Positions 1-9,438 of a stretch of DNA of 55,706 bases are shown here, one piece after another; the stretch's first letter is position 1; every line of letters starts with the position of its first letter. Position numbers and translations under genes: made by a program. The notes beneath the pieces are model-generated. The model was not told the DNA's origin. It saw only the letters and a list, made by a program, of their open reading frames with translations, and did not search any database. Source of the stretch: [Ruminococcus] torques. Its GTDB lineage: Bacteria > Bacillota > Clostridia > Oscillospirales > Acutalibacteraceae. The stretch lies in contig CAVGLE010000001.1 in assembly GCA_963630035.1 (NCBI GenBank), forward strand, positions 1 to 55,706, in the 5' to 3' direction.

Positions 1-1
1 A

Positions 2-898
2 TATAAAGCATTCGGCGACAGCGTTCATCCGGAATATGCCGTTTTTGTTGACGGCACAGACGAAATGAGCCGCCATTTTGCGGACATTATTGCCGTTGCG
101 CTTGACCAAATTAAGAAAAATAATGACGAAAAATTCGATCGCTCAAACTTTGTTAAAAATGTTATTTTGGATAATATCCTCCCGGGCGATATTTATATTA
201 AATCAAGAGAGCTTCGTTTTAACAACGACGCCACACGCGTTGTATTCCTGATTAGAGTAACAAAATCAAACGATGTTTCTGTTTTTGATGTCATTCAAAA
301 CTTTTTCCCGGACAAGACAAAGGATTTTGTCATCAATATCAACGAAACCGATATTGCGCTTATCAAAGAGGTTCGCCCTAATGTTGACGGCAAGGATCTT
401 GAAAAGCTTGCACAGTCAATCTGCGACACGCTTTCAACAGAATTTTATTGCAACGCAATCGTCGGCATCGGCACTTGCGTTACGGGCATAAAGGAACTTG
501 CCCGTTCATTTAAGGAGGCACAGGTTGCACTCGAGGTCGGCAAGGTATTTGATACCGAGCGCTCAATCATCAGCTACGAAAATCTCGGCATCGCAAGACT
601 TATTTATCAGCTTCCGACAACACTTTGTGATATGTTTCTTAAAGAGGTGTTCAAAAAAGGTTCAATCGACTCGCTTGATCAGGAAACTTTGTTCACAATT
701 CAAAAATTCTTTGAAAACAATCTTAATGTTTCCGAAACTTCAAGAAAGCTTTTTGTTCACAGAAACACACTTGTTTACAGACTTGAAAAAATCAAAAAGC
801 TCACCGGACTTGATTTGAGGGAGTTTGACGACGCTATCGTATTTAAGGTAGCACTCATGGTCAACAAATACCTTAACTCCACACCGGTTAAATATTAA
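2..898 (+). CDS. CdaR/PucR-family transcriptional regulator, 5'-truncated by window edge
   Basis: Frame open from nt 2 (YKAFGDSVHPEYAVFVDGTDEM...); GGDEF-like middle region (IVGIG); C-terminal PucR HTH LFVHRNTLVYRLEKI. Confidence 0.85.
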   Translation, partial: YKAFGDSVHPEYAVFVDGTDEMSRHFADIIAVALDQIKKNNDEKFDRSNFVKNVILDNILPGDIYIKSRELRFNNDATRVVFLIRVTKSNDVSVFDVIQNFFPDKTKDFVININETDIALIKEVRPNVDGKDLEKLAQSICDTLSTEFYCNAIVGIGTCVTGIKELARSFKEAQVALEVGKVFDTERSIISYENLGIARLIYQLPTTLCDMFLKEVFKKGSIDSLDQETLFTIQKFFENNLNVSETSRKLFVHRNTLVYRLEKIKKLTGLDLREFDDAIVFKVALMVNKYLNSTPVKY

Positions 899-904
899 TT
901 TACC

Positions 905-939
905 ACGGCAGAACCGACAATCTCGGCTCTGCCGTTTTT
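905..939 (+). terminator. Intrinsic terminator of the CdaR-family gene
   Basis: ACGGCAGAACCGA/TCGGCTCTGCCGT stem followed by T-run. Confidence 0.8.
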
Positions 940-950
940 GCAATTTAAGC

Positions 951-1004
951 AAAAAAACAAAAATATGGGGCTGTCTTATGAAAGAGAGACAGTCCCATAT
1001 TTTT
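951..1004 (-). terminator. Intrinsic terminator downstream of fprA
   Basis: AAAAATATGGGGCTGTCT/AGACAGTCCCATATTTTT inverted repeat; A-run on + strand gives U-tract on - strand. Confidence 0.75.
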
Positions 1005-1097
1005 AACATTGCGTCGGAAAATCCGAAAAGTTTAACCAAACCTATGTCTTGTTTTGTCTTTGTGCGCTGCCAATGGCAGTATTTTTATGAATTATTC

Positions 1098-2261
1098 TTA
1101 AAATGTTTTCATTATTTCATCTGCAAGCTCCGAAAGTTCGGCGATTGCTTGGTCGGTTACCCGTGTTTTGATTGTAACCGTCTTGTCAATCAGTGTAATG
1201 TCCTTCATTTTTTCAAATTCAGCCTTCATTGCTCTGACTGCGCTCGCTGCCCAGCTTGCATTTTCAACAAGAGCAACTGTTCTGTTTTGGAATGCCTTTG
1301 ATTCAAGGTGATGAAGGTAATCCGACATCGGCGCAAAAACGCCTGCATCATAGCTTGACGCCATGCAAACAAGATGGCTGTGGCGGAACGAATCCTCAAC
1401 ACATTCTGCAATATCGTCCCTTGTGAGGTCGGCAAGGACAACACGCGGACAACCTTTTTCTTCAAGCAACTTTTTAAGCTCCTCTGCCGCCTGCATTGTG
1501 TTTCCGTGAATTGATGCGCATGCGATAAACACGCCCTTGTCCTCGGGCTGATATGATGACCAAGTGTTGTATAATGCCAAAACTTCGGGAATCGTATCTG
1601 TCAAAACAGGTCCGTGGAGCGGACAAATTGTCTTGATTTCAAGCGCGCCTGCTTTTTTCAAAAGTGCCTGCACCTGCTTGCCGTATTTGCCGACAATGTT
1701 GAAATAGTATCTTCTTGCTTCACAGCTCCAGCCCTCGTCGGCATCGGTTGTGCCGAATTTGCCAAATGCGTCGGCAGAGAAAAAAACCCTGTCCGTGCTG
1801 TCATATGTAACCATAACCTCGGGCCAGTGAACCATCGGTGCCATTACGAAATTGAGCTTGTGCGTGCCGAGGTCGAGCGTGTCGCCCTCTTTAACGGCAA
1901 CAACCTTGCTCAAATCAACATCGCAAAACTGCGGTAACATTCTGAGTGCACTTGCCGAGCAGTAAAGAACGGTGTCGGGGTATTTCTCGATGAATTTCTG
2001 AATTCCGAAGCTGTGGTCCGGCTCAAGATGCTGAACTATCAAATAATCGGGCTTTTTGTTGCCTAACGCGTCGGTGAGATTATCAAACCATCTGTCAACG
2101 GCAATTTTGTCGACCGTGTCCAAAACGGCGATTTTGTCGTCGAGAATGACATAGGAATTGTATGCCATTCCGTTTTCAAGAATGTATTGACCCTCAAAAA
2201 GGTCAATATCATAATCGTTTACACCGATATTATAAATATTTTCGTTTACATTTATTTTCAT
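1098..2261 (-). CDS. fprA: Flavodiiron protein (FprA family; metallo-beta-lactamase plus flavodoxin domains)
   Basis: HLEPDH, HWPE, FSADAFG and PLHGP di-iron motifs; C-terminal flavodoxin (SIHGNT). Confidence 0.92.
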   Translation of the reverse strand: MKINVNENIYNIGVNDYDIDLFEGQYILENGMAYNSYVILDDKIAVLDTVDKIAVDRWFDNLTDALGNKKPDYLIVQHLEPDHSFGIQKFIEKYPDTVLYCSASALRMLPQFCDVDLSKVVAVKEGDTLDLGTHKLNFVMAPMVHWPEVMVTYDSTDRVFFSADAFGKFGTTDADEGWSCEARRYYFNIVGKYGKQVQALLKKAGALEIKTICPLHGPVLTDTIPEVLALYNTWSSYQPEDKGVFIACASIHGNTMQAAEELKKLLEEKGCPRVVLADLTRDDIAECVEDSFRHSHLVCMASSYDAGVFAPMSDYLHHLESKAFQNRTVALVENASWAASAVRAMKAEFEKMKDITLIDKTVTIKTRVTDQAIAELSELADEIMKTF

Positions 2262-2334
2262 AAAAAACAGCCTTTCTGAAATTATTTTGTTGATAATATT
2301 TTACAACATTTTTTCCTTATTTCTCTTCAAATCG

Positions 2335-2374
2335 GAAAAGCGGCTCGGTGTTTGACGCACTTTGCCGCTTTTTC
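2335..2374 (-). terminator. Terminator after pgm and the small ORF
   Basis: GAAAAGCGGC...GCCGCTTTTTC inverted repeat directly after the small ORF stop. Confidence 0.65.
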
Positions 2375-2376
2375 AA

Positions 2377-2472
2377 TCAATGAATAAATGCAAATACACC
2401 GGCTGTCAAGCCGCTTCCTGCCATAAGTACGGCAAGAATGATGCATGTGATTTTAACAAATTTTCTGTTCAT
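2377..2472 (-). CDS. Small 31-aa single-pass membrane protein (MNRKFVKITCIILAVLMAGSGLTAGVFAFIH), DUF4044-like
   Basis: Read manually (below ORF-track cutoff); GAGG RBS overlapping the pgm TAG stop; basic N-terminus plus hydrophobic helix; terminator follows. Confidence 0.75.
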   Translation of the reverse strand: MNRKFVKITCIILAVLMAGSGLTAGVFAFIH

Positions 2473-2481
2473 AATTTTCCT

Positions 2482-4194
2482 CTATTTCATAAATTCGTTC
2501 GCAGCCGATTCAAGCGTTTTTGCTATTTTCGATGCAGACTCTTTATCGTTTCCGACTGCGGTTAGATACGCCTTGATTTTGGGCTCCGTGCCCGACGGTC
2601 TGACGATAACCTTGTTGCCGTTTTCAAGCGTAAAGGCAAGCACATTCGATTTCGGCAGTTCTATTTTTTCTTCCCCGCCGTCTGTAAATGTTGTTTTGCT
2701 TGTTTTGTAGTCCGACACAGCGGTTACAGCAAAGTCACCGATTGTTTTCGGCGGATTTTGGCGGAGCGTATCCATAATCTGCGCCATTTTTTCCATACCT
2801 GCCGCACCCTCAAAGGTGTATGATTTAACCTCGTTGCAATAGTAGCCGAATTCGTCATAAAGCGAATTCATAACATCAACAAGATTCATATTTTTCGTCT
2901 TATAATAAGCCGCCATTTCGCAGATAAGCATTGACGCAACAACAGCGTCCTTATCCCTTGCGTGCGTGCCTGCAAGATAGCCGTAACTCTCCTCAAATCC
3001 CATAACAAAGTCTGACGCTCTGCCTTCTTTTTCGAGATTTGTGATAAGCTCGCCGATATATTTGAAGCCTGTCAAAAGATTTTTGAACGTGCAGTTGTAT
3101 TTCTTTGCGATAACTTCTGCCAAATCGGTTGAAACAAAGCTTTTAACGGCGATTGCCGATTTCGGAAGAGTGCCCTTTTCAAGGCGCTGTGAAAGAATAT
3201 AGTTTAAAAGCATTGCGCCGACCTCGTTGCCGCTCATAAGCACAAGCTCGCCTGTTTTGTCGGGCACCGCGATGCCTACACGGTCGCAGTCGGGGTCTGT
3301 TGCAAGCAAAATATCAGCGCCGATTTTTCTGTTCATTTCAAGACCGATTTCAAAAACCTGCTTGATTTCGGGGTTTGGAAACGGACATGTCGGGAAATTG
3401 CCGTCGGGATATTCCTGCTCGGGCACAACATAAACGCTTTTAACCCCGATTCTGTCAAGAATTGCTCTTACAGGCTTGTTGCCCGTGCCGTTAAGCGGTG
3501 TGTAAATCACCTTTAAGTCGGCATTTTTGACGATTTCGGGGTTGATGCACTGTTTTTGCACCTCGTCAAGAAACGAATTTATAACTTTTTCGCCGATAAA
3601 TTCGATTTTTCCGCCATTTACGGCACCGTCAAAATCAACTTTTTTGATGCCGGTGAAATAATCAACCTTTTGGATATATTCGTATGCCTCGGCGGCTTCC
3701 TCATCGGTCATTTGATAGCCGTTGGGGTTGTAGCATTTGTAACCGTTGTATTTTGCCGGGTTGTGCGAAGCGGTGATGATAATGCCGCTTTGAGTGTGAA
3801 AATATCTTATTGCGTATGAAAGGCACGGAGTCGGCTCAAGCTCGTCGTAAATATAAACCTTAACGCCGTTTGCGGCTAAAACGGACGCCGCCTCTTTGCT
3901 GAAAAGGTCGCTTTTGATTCGCGAATCGTAGCCGATTGCAACCGACGGATTGTCGTAATTTGCGTTGAGATAGTCGGCAAGACCCTGAGTAGCTCTTCCG
4001 ACGGTGTATATGTTCATTCTGTTTGTGCCTGCGCCGATTACGCCGCGCAAGCCTGCGGTGCCGAATTCAAGGCTTCTGTAAAATCTGTCGAGAATTTCGT
4101 CATCGTTGCCTTTTATGCTCTCAAGCTCGGCTTTCAAATCGGGGTCGCCCGTTGCCTTTTCAAGCCATTCGTTGTATAAAGCGTTAATGTCCAT
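2482..4194 (-). CDS. pgm: Phosphoglucomutase/phosphomannomutase
   Basis: FGTAGLRG, TASHNP (phospho-Ser), DPDCDR metal loop, FEESYG, RPSGTEPKIK. Confidence 0.95.
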   Translation of the reverse strand: MDINALYNEWLEKATGDPDLKAELESIKGNDDEILDRFYRSLEFGTAGLRGVIGAGTNRMNIYTVGRATQGLADYLNANYDNPSVAIGYDSRIKSDLFSKEAASVLAANGVKVYIYDELEPTPCLSYAIRYFHTQSGIIITASHNPAKYNGYKCYNPNGYQMTDEEAAEAYEYIQKVDYFTGIKKVDFDGAVNGGKIEFIGEKVINSFLDEVQKQCINPEIVKNADLKVIYTPLNGTGNKPVRAILDRIGVKSVYVVPEQEYPDGNFPTCPFPNPEIKQVFEIGLEMNRKIGADILLATDPDCDRVGIAVPDKTGELVLMSGNEVGAMLLNYILSQRLEKGTLPKSAIAVKSFVSTDLAEVIAKKYNCTFKNLLTGFKYIGELITNLEKEGRASDFVMGFEESYGYLAGTHARDKDAVVASMLICEMAAYYKTKNMNLVDVMNSLYDEFGYYCNEVKSYTFEGAAGMEKMAQIMDTLRQNPPKTIGDFAVTAVSDYKTSKTTFTDGGEEKIELPKSNVLAFTLENGNKVIVRPSGTEPKIKAYLTAVGNDKESASKIAKTLESAANEFMK

Positions 4195-4241
4195 ATGACC
4201 TCTCCTTAAATTTAAAATATTTAATGCTTTGCATCATCTCT

Positions 4242-4292
4242 ATTTTAATATTATTATTTAGTGTTGTCAATATAACTTGCTTATTGTATAAT
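4242..4292. promoter_or_regulatory. Divergent sigma-A promoters for pgm and comM with overlapping -35 elements
   Basis: + strand TTGTCA-N17-TATAAT; - strand TTGACA-N17-TAAAAT; both -35 hexamers lie in TTGTCAA at 4264-4270. Confidence 0.7.
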
Positions 4293-4496
4293 ATAAATTA
4301 ACAATTTGCCGCGACGCTTTTTGGCGGCAAAAAAGAGGAGAAACGGCGCAATTGCGCACCGCTTGAATTTTATCGCCGCAAAGTGTCGAATTTTAAACGG
4401 ATTTGTGTGCGCTTTATGCTCTCCGACGGCTGCAAACGGAGAGAAGGATTATAAACAATTCGGTTTGTTTTGCAGGGAAAGGCTGTGTGAGGTTTA

Positions 4497-6020
4497 ATGT
4501 TTGCCAAGGTTAAAAGTCAGGGGCTTTTCGGGCTTGAGGGTTTTGATGTGGTTGTTGAGGCGGACATCAGCTCGGGTCTGCCGCGGTTTGATGTTGTCGG
4601 TTTGCCGGACGCCGCGGTTAAGGAAAGCCGCGAGCGTGTCAGAGCTTCGATTAAAAACAGGCATTTCACATTTCCCGTGTCGCGCATCACGGTTAATATC
4701 GCGCCTGCCGACATAAAAAAGGAGGGCCCCGTTTACGATTTGCCGATGCTTATTGCAATTCTTAAAGCGTCAGGTCAAATCAACGCGAATTTGGACGATT
4801 ATTCGTTTATAGGCGAGCTGTCGCTCGACGGAGAGCTTCGAAAGGCTACCGGTATACTGCCGATGGTTATCAAGGCAAGCGAGAGCGGAGCAGGTTCGGT
4901 GTTTATTCCGTATGACAACGCAGGCGAGGCGTCCGTTATTCAGGGCATAGATGTTTTGCCGTCAAGAAATATTATTGAGATTTTGCAACACCTTTCGGGT
5001 GAAAAGTTGATTGAACCGGCATACCGTGCACTTGATGATGCCGAAATTGTTGATGACGAACTCGATTTTTGCGATGTTAAGGGTCAGCACGAGGCAAAGC
5101 GCGCCCTTGAAATTGCCGCAGCAGGCGGACACAATTGCCTTATGATAGGCCCTCCCGGCACGGGCAAATCAATGCTTGCAAAGCGAATCGGCTCAATTTT
5201 GCCCGAAATGACATTTGCCGAGCAAATAGAAACAACAAAAATCTATTCCGTTGCGGGCGAACTTCCCGACAACGCGCGCCTCATTGCACGCAGACCGTTC
5301 AGAAGTCCTCATCACACCGTTTCGGCTCAGGGATTGACAGGCGGCGGAATAAATATACGCCCGGGAGAAATAAGCCTTGCTCATAACGGTGTGCTGTTTA
5401 TGGACGAATTCCCCGAGTTTGACCGCCGCGCAAAGGAGTCGCTCCGTCAGCCGCTTGAGGACGGTGTTGTGAACATTACGCGAGCAGCAGGAAAAATATC
5501 TTATCCTTCAAATATTATGGTTGTTGCGGCGATGAATCCGTGCCCGTGCGGCTTTTTGGGCCATCCGACAAAGCAGTGCACCTGCTCCGATGCGGCAAAA
5601 AAACGTTATCTTGACAAGGTGTCGGGTCCGATTCTCGACAGAATAGATATACATATTGAGGTTCAAAGCGTCGATTACGACAAACTTTCCGGCAAGGGCA
5701 GAGAGGAGAGCAGTGCCGAAATCAGAAAACGCGTAAACGCCGCACGCAAAATTCAAAACAAGCGCTTTGAGGGCACAAATATTACCTGCAATGCAAAAAT
5801 GACTCCTCGCGCAACGAGAGAATTTTGCGTTTTGTCGCGCGAAGCCGACGATTTGCTTCGTGCAAGCTTTGAAAGTATGGGGCTATCCGCAAGAGCGTAC
5901 GACAAGATTTTGCGAATCGGACGAACGATTGCCGATTTGGACAACAGCGAAAATATTGAAATAAATCATATAGCCGAGGCACTGCAATACAGAAGCCTTG
6001 ACAGAAAATATTGGAGATAG
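4497..6020 (+). CDS. comM: ComM/YifB Mg-chelatase-like AAA+ ATPase
   Basis: VGLPDAAVKESRERV, GPPGTGKS Walker A, PFRSPHH, LAHNGVLFMDE, NPCPCG. Confidence 0.93.
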   Translation: MFAKVKSQGLFGLEGFDVVVEADISSGLPRFDVVGLPDAAVKESRERVRASIKNRHFTFPVSRITVNIAPADIKKEGPVYDLPMLIAILKASGQINANLDDYSFIGELSLDGELRKATGILPMVIKASESGAGSVFIPYDNAGEASVIQGIDVLPSRNIIEILQHLSGEKLIEPAYRALDDAEIVDDELDFCDVKGQHEAKRALEIAAAGGHNCLMIGPPGTGKSMLAKRIGSILPEMTFAEQIETTKIYSVAGELPDNARLIARRPFRSPHHTVSAQGLTGGGINIRPGEISLAHNGVLFMDEFPEFDRRAKESLRQPLEDGVVNITRAAGKISYPSNIMVVAAMNPCPCGFLGHPTKQCTCSDAAKKRYLDKVSGPILDRIDIHIEVQSVDYDKLSGKGREESSAEIRKRVNAARKIQNKRFEGTNITCNAKMTPRATREFCVLSREADDLLRASFESMGLSARAYDKILRIGRTIADLDNSENIEINHIAEALQYRSLDRKYWR

Positions 6021-6023
6021 AAA

Positions 6024-6671
6024 ATGGAAAAATATATTGAAACCACAATGAAAAACCTTGAAAGAAACAATATGAAACCTTTTTATGTCGAAAAAAGAGA
6101 GGATGTCGTTCCGCTCATAAAAAAGCTTGTCAAAAAGGGCGAAAGTATGTCCTGCGGCGGCTCGGTTACACTTCACGAGTGCGAGGTTGACACAAAAATT
6201 TTGAAAAGCGGCGACTATGATTTTATCGACAGGTCGGGTCTTCAGGGAGAGAAACTGCGCGAGGCGTACGGCAAGGCATTTATGTGCGACACATTTTTCA
6301 CATCGTCAAACGCAGTTACCGAAAGGGGCGAACTTTATAATGTCGACGGCAATTCAAACCGTGTTGCATGCATTGTTTACGGTCCGCGTCAGGTAATTGC
6401 GGTTGTCGGCAAAAACAAAATTGTGCCGAATATCAACGCCGCTGTCGAAAGAGTTAAAAAATCTGCCGCACCGCCGAACACCGTTCGCCTTTCGTGCGAC
6501 ACTCCGTGTGCAAAGCTCGGCGAATGTGTCTCGCTTTCAAACGAAAACGCATTTATCTGCGACGGTTGTCACAGTGACGCAAGAGTTTGTTGTAATTATG
6601 TGATTTCTGCTCAACAAAGGCATAAAGACAGAATAAAAGTGATTATTGTTAATGAAAATTTGGGATATTGA
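6024..6671 (+). CDS. LUD-domain (lactate utilization protein-like) protein with C-terminal Cys cluster
   Basis: GGSVTL, SSNAVT.GELYNVDGNSNRV, GKNKIV, ENLGY terminus. Confidence 0.85.
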   Translation: MEKYIETTMKNLERNNMKPFYVEKREDVVPLIKKLVKKGESMSCGGSVTLHECEVDTKILKSGDYDFIDRSGLQGEKLREAYGKAFMCDTFFTSSNAVTERGELYNVDGNSNRVACIVYGPRQVIAVVGKNKIVPNINAAVERVKKSAAPPNTVRLSCDTPCAKLGECVSLSNENAFICDGCHSDARVCCNYVISAQQRHKDRIKVIIVNENLGY

Positions 6672-6672
6672 T

Positions 6673-6701
6673 TGACTTTAATATGATTTAGTATTAAAAT
6701 A
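6673..6701 (+). promoter_or_regulatory. Sigma-A promoter of ilvA-ridA
   Basis: TTGACT-N17-TAAAAT upstream of ilvA. Confidence 0.6.
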
Positions 6702-6744
6702 TCTATGCTTTTATGTTTTATATTCAAAAAAAGAAGGTATTAAA

Positions 6745-7944
6745 ATGTTGACACTTGACAGAGTATATAAAGCTTCGGAGGTTTTAAAGGAAATCATCAG
6801 GGACACGGATATGATTAGGGCATCCAAAATCCATCCGCGTGCAGAAATCTTTTTGAAAACAGAGAATTTGCAGGTTACGGGTTCGTTTAAAATTCGTGGC
6901 TCCTACTTTAAAATAAGCCAACTTTCCGAGGAGGAAAAAAGCAAAGGCGTTATCGCTTGCTCGGCAGGAAACCACGCACAGGGTGTCGCACTTGCGGCTA
7001 CAAAAAACGGTATTAAATCGACAATCTGTCTCCCGGACGGAGCACCGATCAGCAAGGTTGAAGCAACAAAAAGATACGGCGCAAATGTTTGCCTTGTAAA
7101 GGGCGTTTATGATGACGCATACAACAAAGCGATCGAACTTCGCGACAAGGAGGGATATACATTTATCCATCCTTTTAACGATCCCGATGTTATTGCGGGT
7201 CAGGGCACAATCGGCCTTGAAATTTTAAGACAGCTTCCCGATGTTGATGTTGTCGTTGTTCCTATCGGCGGCGGCGGACTTATCTCCGGTGTTGCATATA
7301 CAATCAAGCAACTCAAACCGTCATGCAGGGTTTACGGTGTTCAGGCTCAGGGCGCACCGTCTATGGAGCACAGCGTAAACGACGGAAAAATCGAGACACT
7401 CGACGGAGTCAACACAATTGCCGACGGCATTGCCGTTAAAACACCCGGTGATTTGACATTTGAGCTTTGCCAAAAGTATGTTGACGGCATCATCACCGTT
7501 TCCGATGATGAAATCGCACTCGCTATTTTAACCCTCCTTGAAAGGCAAAAACTTATTGCCGAGGGTGCCGGTGCCGTTCCCGTAGCGGCTGTTATGAACG
7601 GCAAAATTCCGGATATTGACGGCAAAAAGGTTTGTTGCGTCGTTTCCGGCGGTAATATCGATGTTACAATTCTCTCGCGCGTTATTGAAAGAGGACTTAA
7701 AATGGGCGGCAGAACAGCCGATATTGTTATTTCTCTTTCGGATCGTCCAGGTCAACTTTCCGGCGTAAGCCGCATTATAGCAGAGCAGGGAGCAAATGTT
7801 GTCAGCGTTAATTATGATTCAACCGATCTTGATATGAATATTACGGATTGTTATCTTAAACTCGGCGTTGAAACAAGAAACTTTGAACATATTGCAGCCG
7901 TTAAAAAGGCACTTACGGATGCCGGATTTAAGGTTTGCGAATAA
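6745..7944 (+). CDS. ilvA: Threonine ammonia-lyase with C-terminal ACT domain
   Basis: ENLQVTGSFKIRG PLP-lysine motif, SAGNHAQG, IGGGGL, SGGNID, DRPGQL ACT motif. Confidence 0.95.
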   Translation: MLTLDRVYKASEVLKEIIRDTDMIRASKIHPRAEIFLKTENLQVTGSFKIRGSYFKISQLSEEEKSKGVIACSAGNHAQGVALAATKNGIKSTICLPDGAPISKVEATKRYGANVCLVKGVYDDAYNKAIELRDKEGYTFIHPFNDPDVIAGQGTIGLEILRQLPDVDVVVVPIGGGGLISGVAYTIKQLKPSCRVYGVQAQGAPSMEHSVNDGKIETLDGVNTIADGIAVKTPGDLTFELCQKYVDGIITVSDDEIALAILTLLERQKLIAEGAGAVPVAAVMNGKIPDIDGKKVCCVVSGGNIDVTILSRVIERGLKMGGRTADIVISLSDRPGQLSGVSRIIAEQGANVVSVNYDSTDLDMNITDCYLKLGVETRNFEHIAAVKKALTDAGFKVCE

Positions 7945-7962
7945 TATAAAGGAGATTTATTT

Positions 7963-8334
7963 ATGGAATATGTATCAACAAGCAATGCACCCGGTGCAAT
8001 CGGACCCTATTCACAGGCTGTAAAAGCAAACGGCCTCCTTTTCACCTCGGGTCAAATCGCTATCAACCCTGCAACAAACACCGTTGAGGCAAAGACAATT
8101 GAGGAACAGACTACTCAGGTTTGCGAAAACCTTAAGGCAGTTGTAGAGGCAGCAGGTACTTCTATGGACAAGGTTGTAAAAACAGTTTGCTTCCTTGCAG
8201 ATATTAATGATTTTGCAAAGTTTAACGAGATTTACGGCGGATATTTCACATCAAAGCCGACTCGTTCATGCGTTGCCGTAAAGGATTTGCCAAAGGGTGT
8301 TCTTTGCGAGGTAGAGGTTATCGCAGAACTTTAA
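7963..8334 (+). CDS. ridA: RidA/YjgF enamine-imine deaminase
   Basis: APGAIGPYSQA, SGQI, PTRSCV (catalytic Arg), EVEVIA; adjacent to ilvA. Confidence 0.93.
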   Translation: MEYVSTSNAPGAIGPYSQAVKANGLLFTSGQIAINPATNTVEAKTIEEQTTQVCENLKAVVEAAGTSMDKVVKTVCFLADINDFAKFNEIYGGYFTSKPTRSCVAVKDLPKGVLCEVEVIAEL

Positions 8335-8347
8335 TTCGGCTGTTATT

Positions 8348-8388
8348 TTCCTCGGTCGGCGGATTGTTGACCGAGGAATTATTTTTTT
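8348..8388 (+). terminator. Terminator of ilvA-ridA
   Basis: TTCCTCGGTCGGC/GTTGACCGAGGAA stem then T-run. Confidence 0.8.
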
Positions 8389-8470
8389 GTGCCGATATTT
8401 CTTGACTTTATATTGATTATAATATAAAATTGTTGTATTAAAGCAATCCTGTTTGGGAGGATTTAAATAA

Positions 8471-9355
8471 ATGAAAAAATCTGTTAAAAAAATCATTTCG
8501 GTAGTATTGTGCGTAGTGCTTATCGCCGCTTGTTTTGCTGGTTGCTCATCATCCGGCGATGAAAAATACAGCGACACATCATTAATAATCGGCTATGTTC
8601 CCGATTCGTCACCGTTTATCACCGTTGATAAGGATGGCAAAGTCGGCGGCTTTGAGGCTGAGGTTATCGAAAAAATATTCAAATCAATAAAGGGCGATTT
8701 TAAAAGCTATGTTTTTGAGGACATAACAAAGGTTGAGGGCTATGAAAGCGACCCTTATTCATACGAACTTGAGCATTCGGGCGGATTTTTTGATTCAAAA
8801 GATGAGGAATACAGCGCGGCATTGCTTGTCGGTGCGGTTTCCAAAAACCATGGCACTTTTAACGAGGATTATTCGTTCACGGAGCCGCTCATTACCGACA
8901 GAGTTATCGCAGTAACCGCCAAAAACAGCGCGGTTAAATCATATTCCGATTTGAACGCAAAGAATGTTGCGGTTTGCGGCAAAACGGCTCAAACGGCATT
9001 CAGCGAGCAAAAAGCAATTTCCGATTCTTGCAAAATCACAAATGTTGACAAAATCGACGATGCATTCAAAATGATTGAAAACGGCACTGCAGACGCCGTT
9101 GTTACCGACGAATTTTTGTATATGCCGAGCGGCAGAACAAACGATTTTAAGGTTCTTGACGGTGAGATTGATACAATCGAATATGTAATCGCCTGTGCAA
9201 AATACAGCGGTTGGTACACAACAATCAACGAAGCAATCCGCGAGCTTAAGAGTGCGGATTACGGAGACGGCGACGAGTTTACACCGATTGTTAAAAAGTA
9301 TTTTAAATATAATGCGTCAAAGTTTGATTATAAAACTGAGGGCGACACTCAATAA
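8471..9355 (+). CDS. Lipoprotein, family-3 (amino-acid type) solute-binding protein; no permease nearby
   Basis: Lipobox FAGC; SPF..VDKDGKVGGFE, YSFTEP, ADAVVTD. Confidence 0.75.
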   Translation: MKKSVKKIISVVLCVVLIAACFAGCSSSGDEKYSDTSLIIGYVPDSSPFITVDKDGKVGGFEAEVIEKIFKSIKGDFKSYVFEDITKVEGYESDPYSYELEHSGGFFDSKDEEYSAALLVGAVSKNHGTFNEDYSFTEPLITDRVIAVTAKNSAVKSYSDLNAKNVAVCGKTAQTAFSEQKAISDSCKITNVDKIDDAFKMIENGTADAVVTDEFLYMPSGRTNDFKVLDGEIDTIEYVIACAKYSGWYTTINEAIRELKSADYGDGDEFTPIVKKYFKYNASKFDYKTEGDTQ

Positions 9356-9363
9356 TCAACAAT

Positions 9364-9398
9364 GCCGGCAAATCAAACATTTGCCGGCTGTTTTGTTT
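9364..9398 (+). terminator. Terminator of the SBP gene
   Basis: GCCGGCAAAT/ATTTGCCGGC stem then T-rich tail. Confidence 0.7.
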
Positions 9399-9438
9399 AA
9401 CAGCGAAATTGATATAGATATAATTGGTACAGTAAGTT

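Noticed and set aside
1005..1097. About 90 nt between the fprA stop and its terminator, with small palindromes (CTGCCAATGGCAG, TCGGAAAATCCGA)
   Set aside because: Stems are only 5-6 bp and there is no promoter or ORF evidence for a separate sRNA
4306..4497. 63-aa ORF upstream of comM
   Set aside because: TTG start about 7 nt after the predicted TSS with no RBS and no protein-like features; better explained as a leader
4497..6020. comM as a mobile-element integration site
   Set aside because: Gene is intact and no integrase or att-like repeats are visible
6745..8334. ilvA-ridA pairing
   Set aside because: Well-established functional link (RidA removes enamines made by IlvA); not novel
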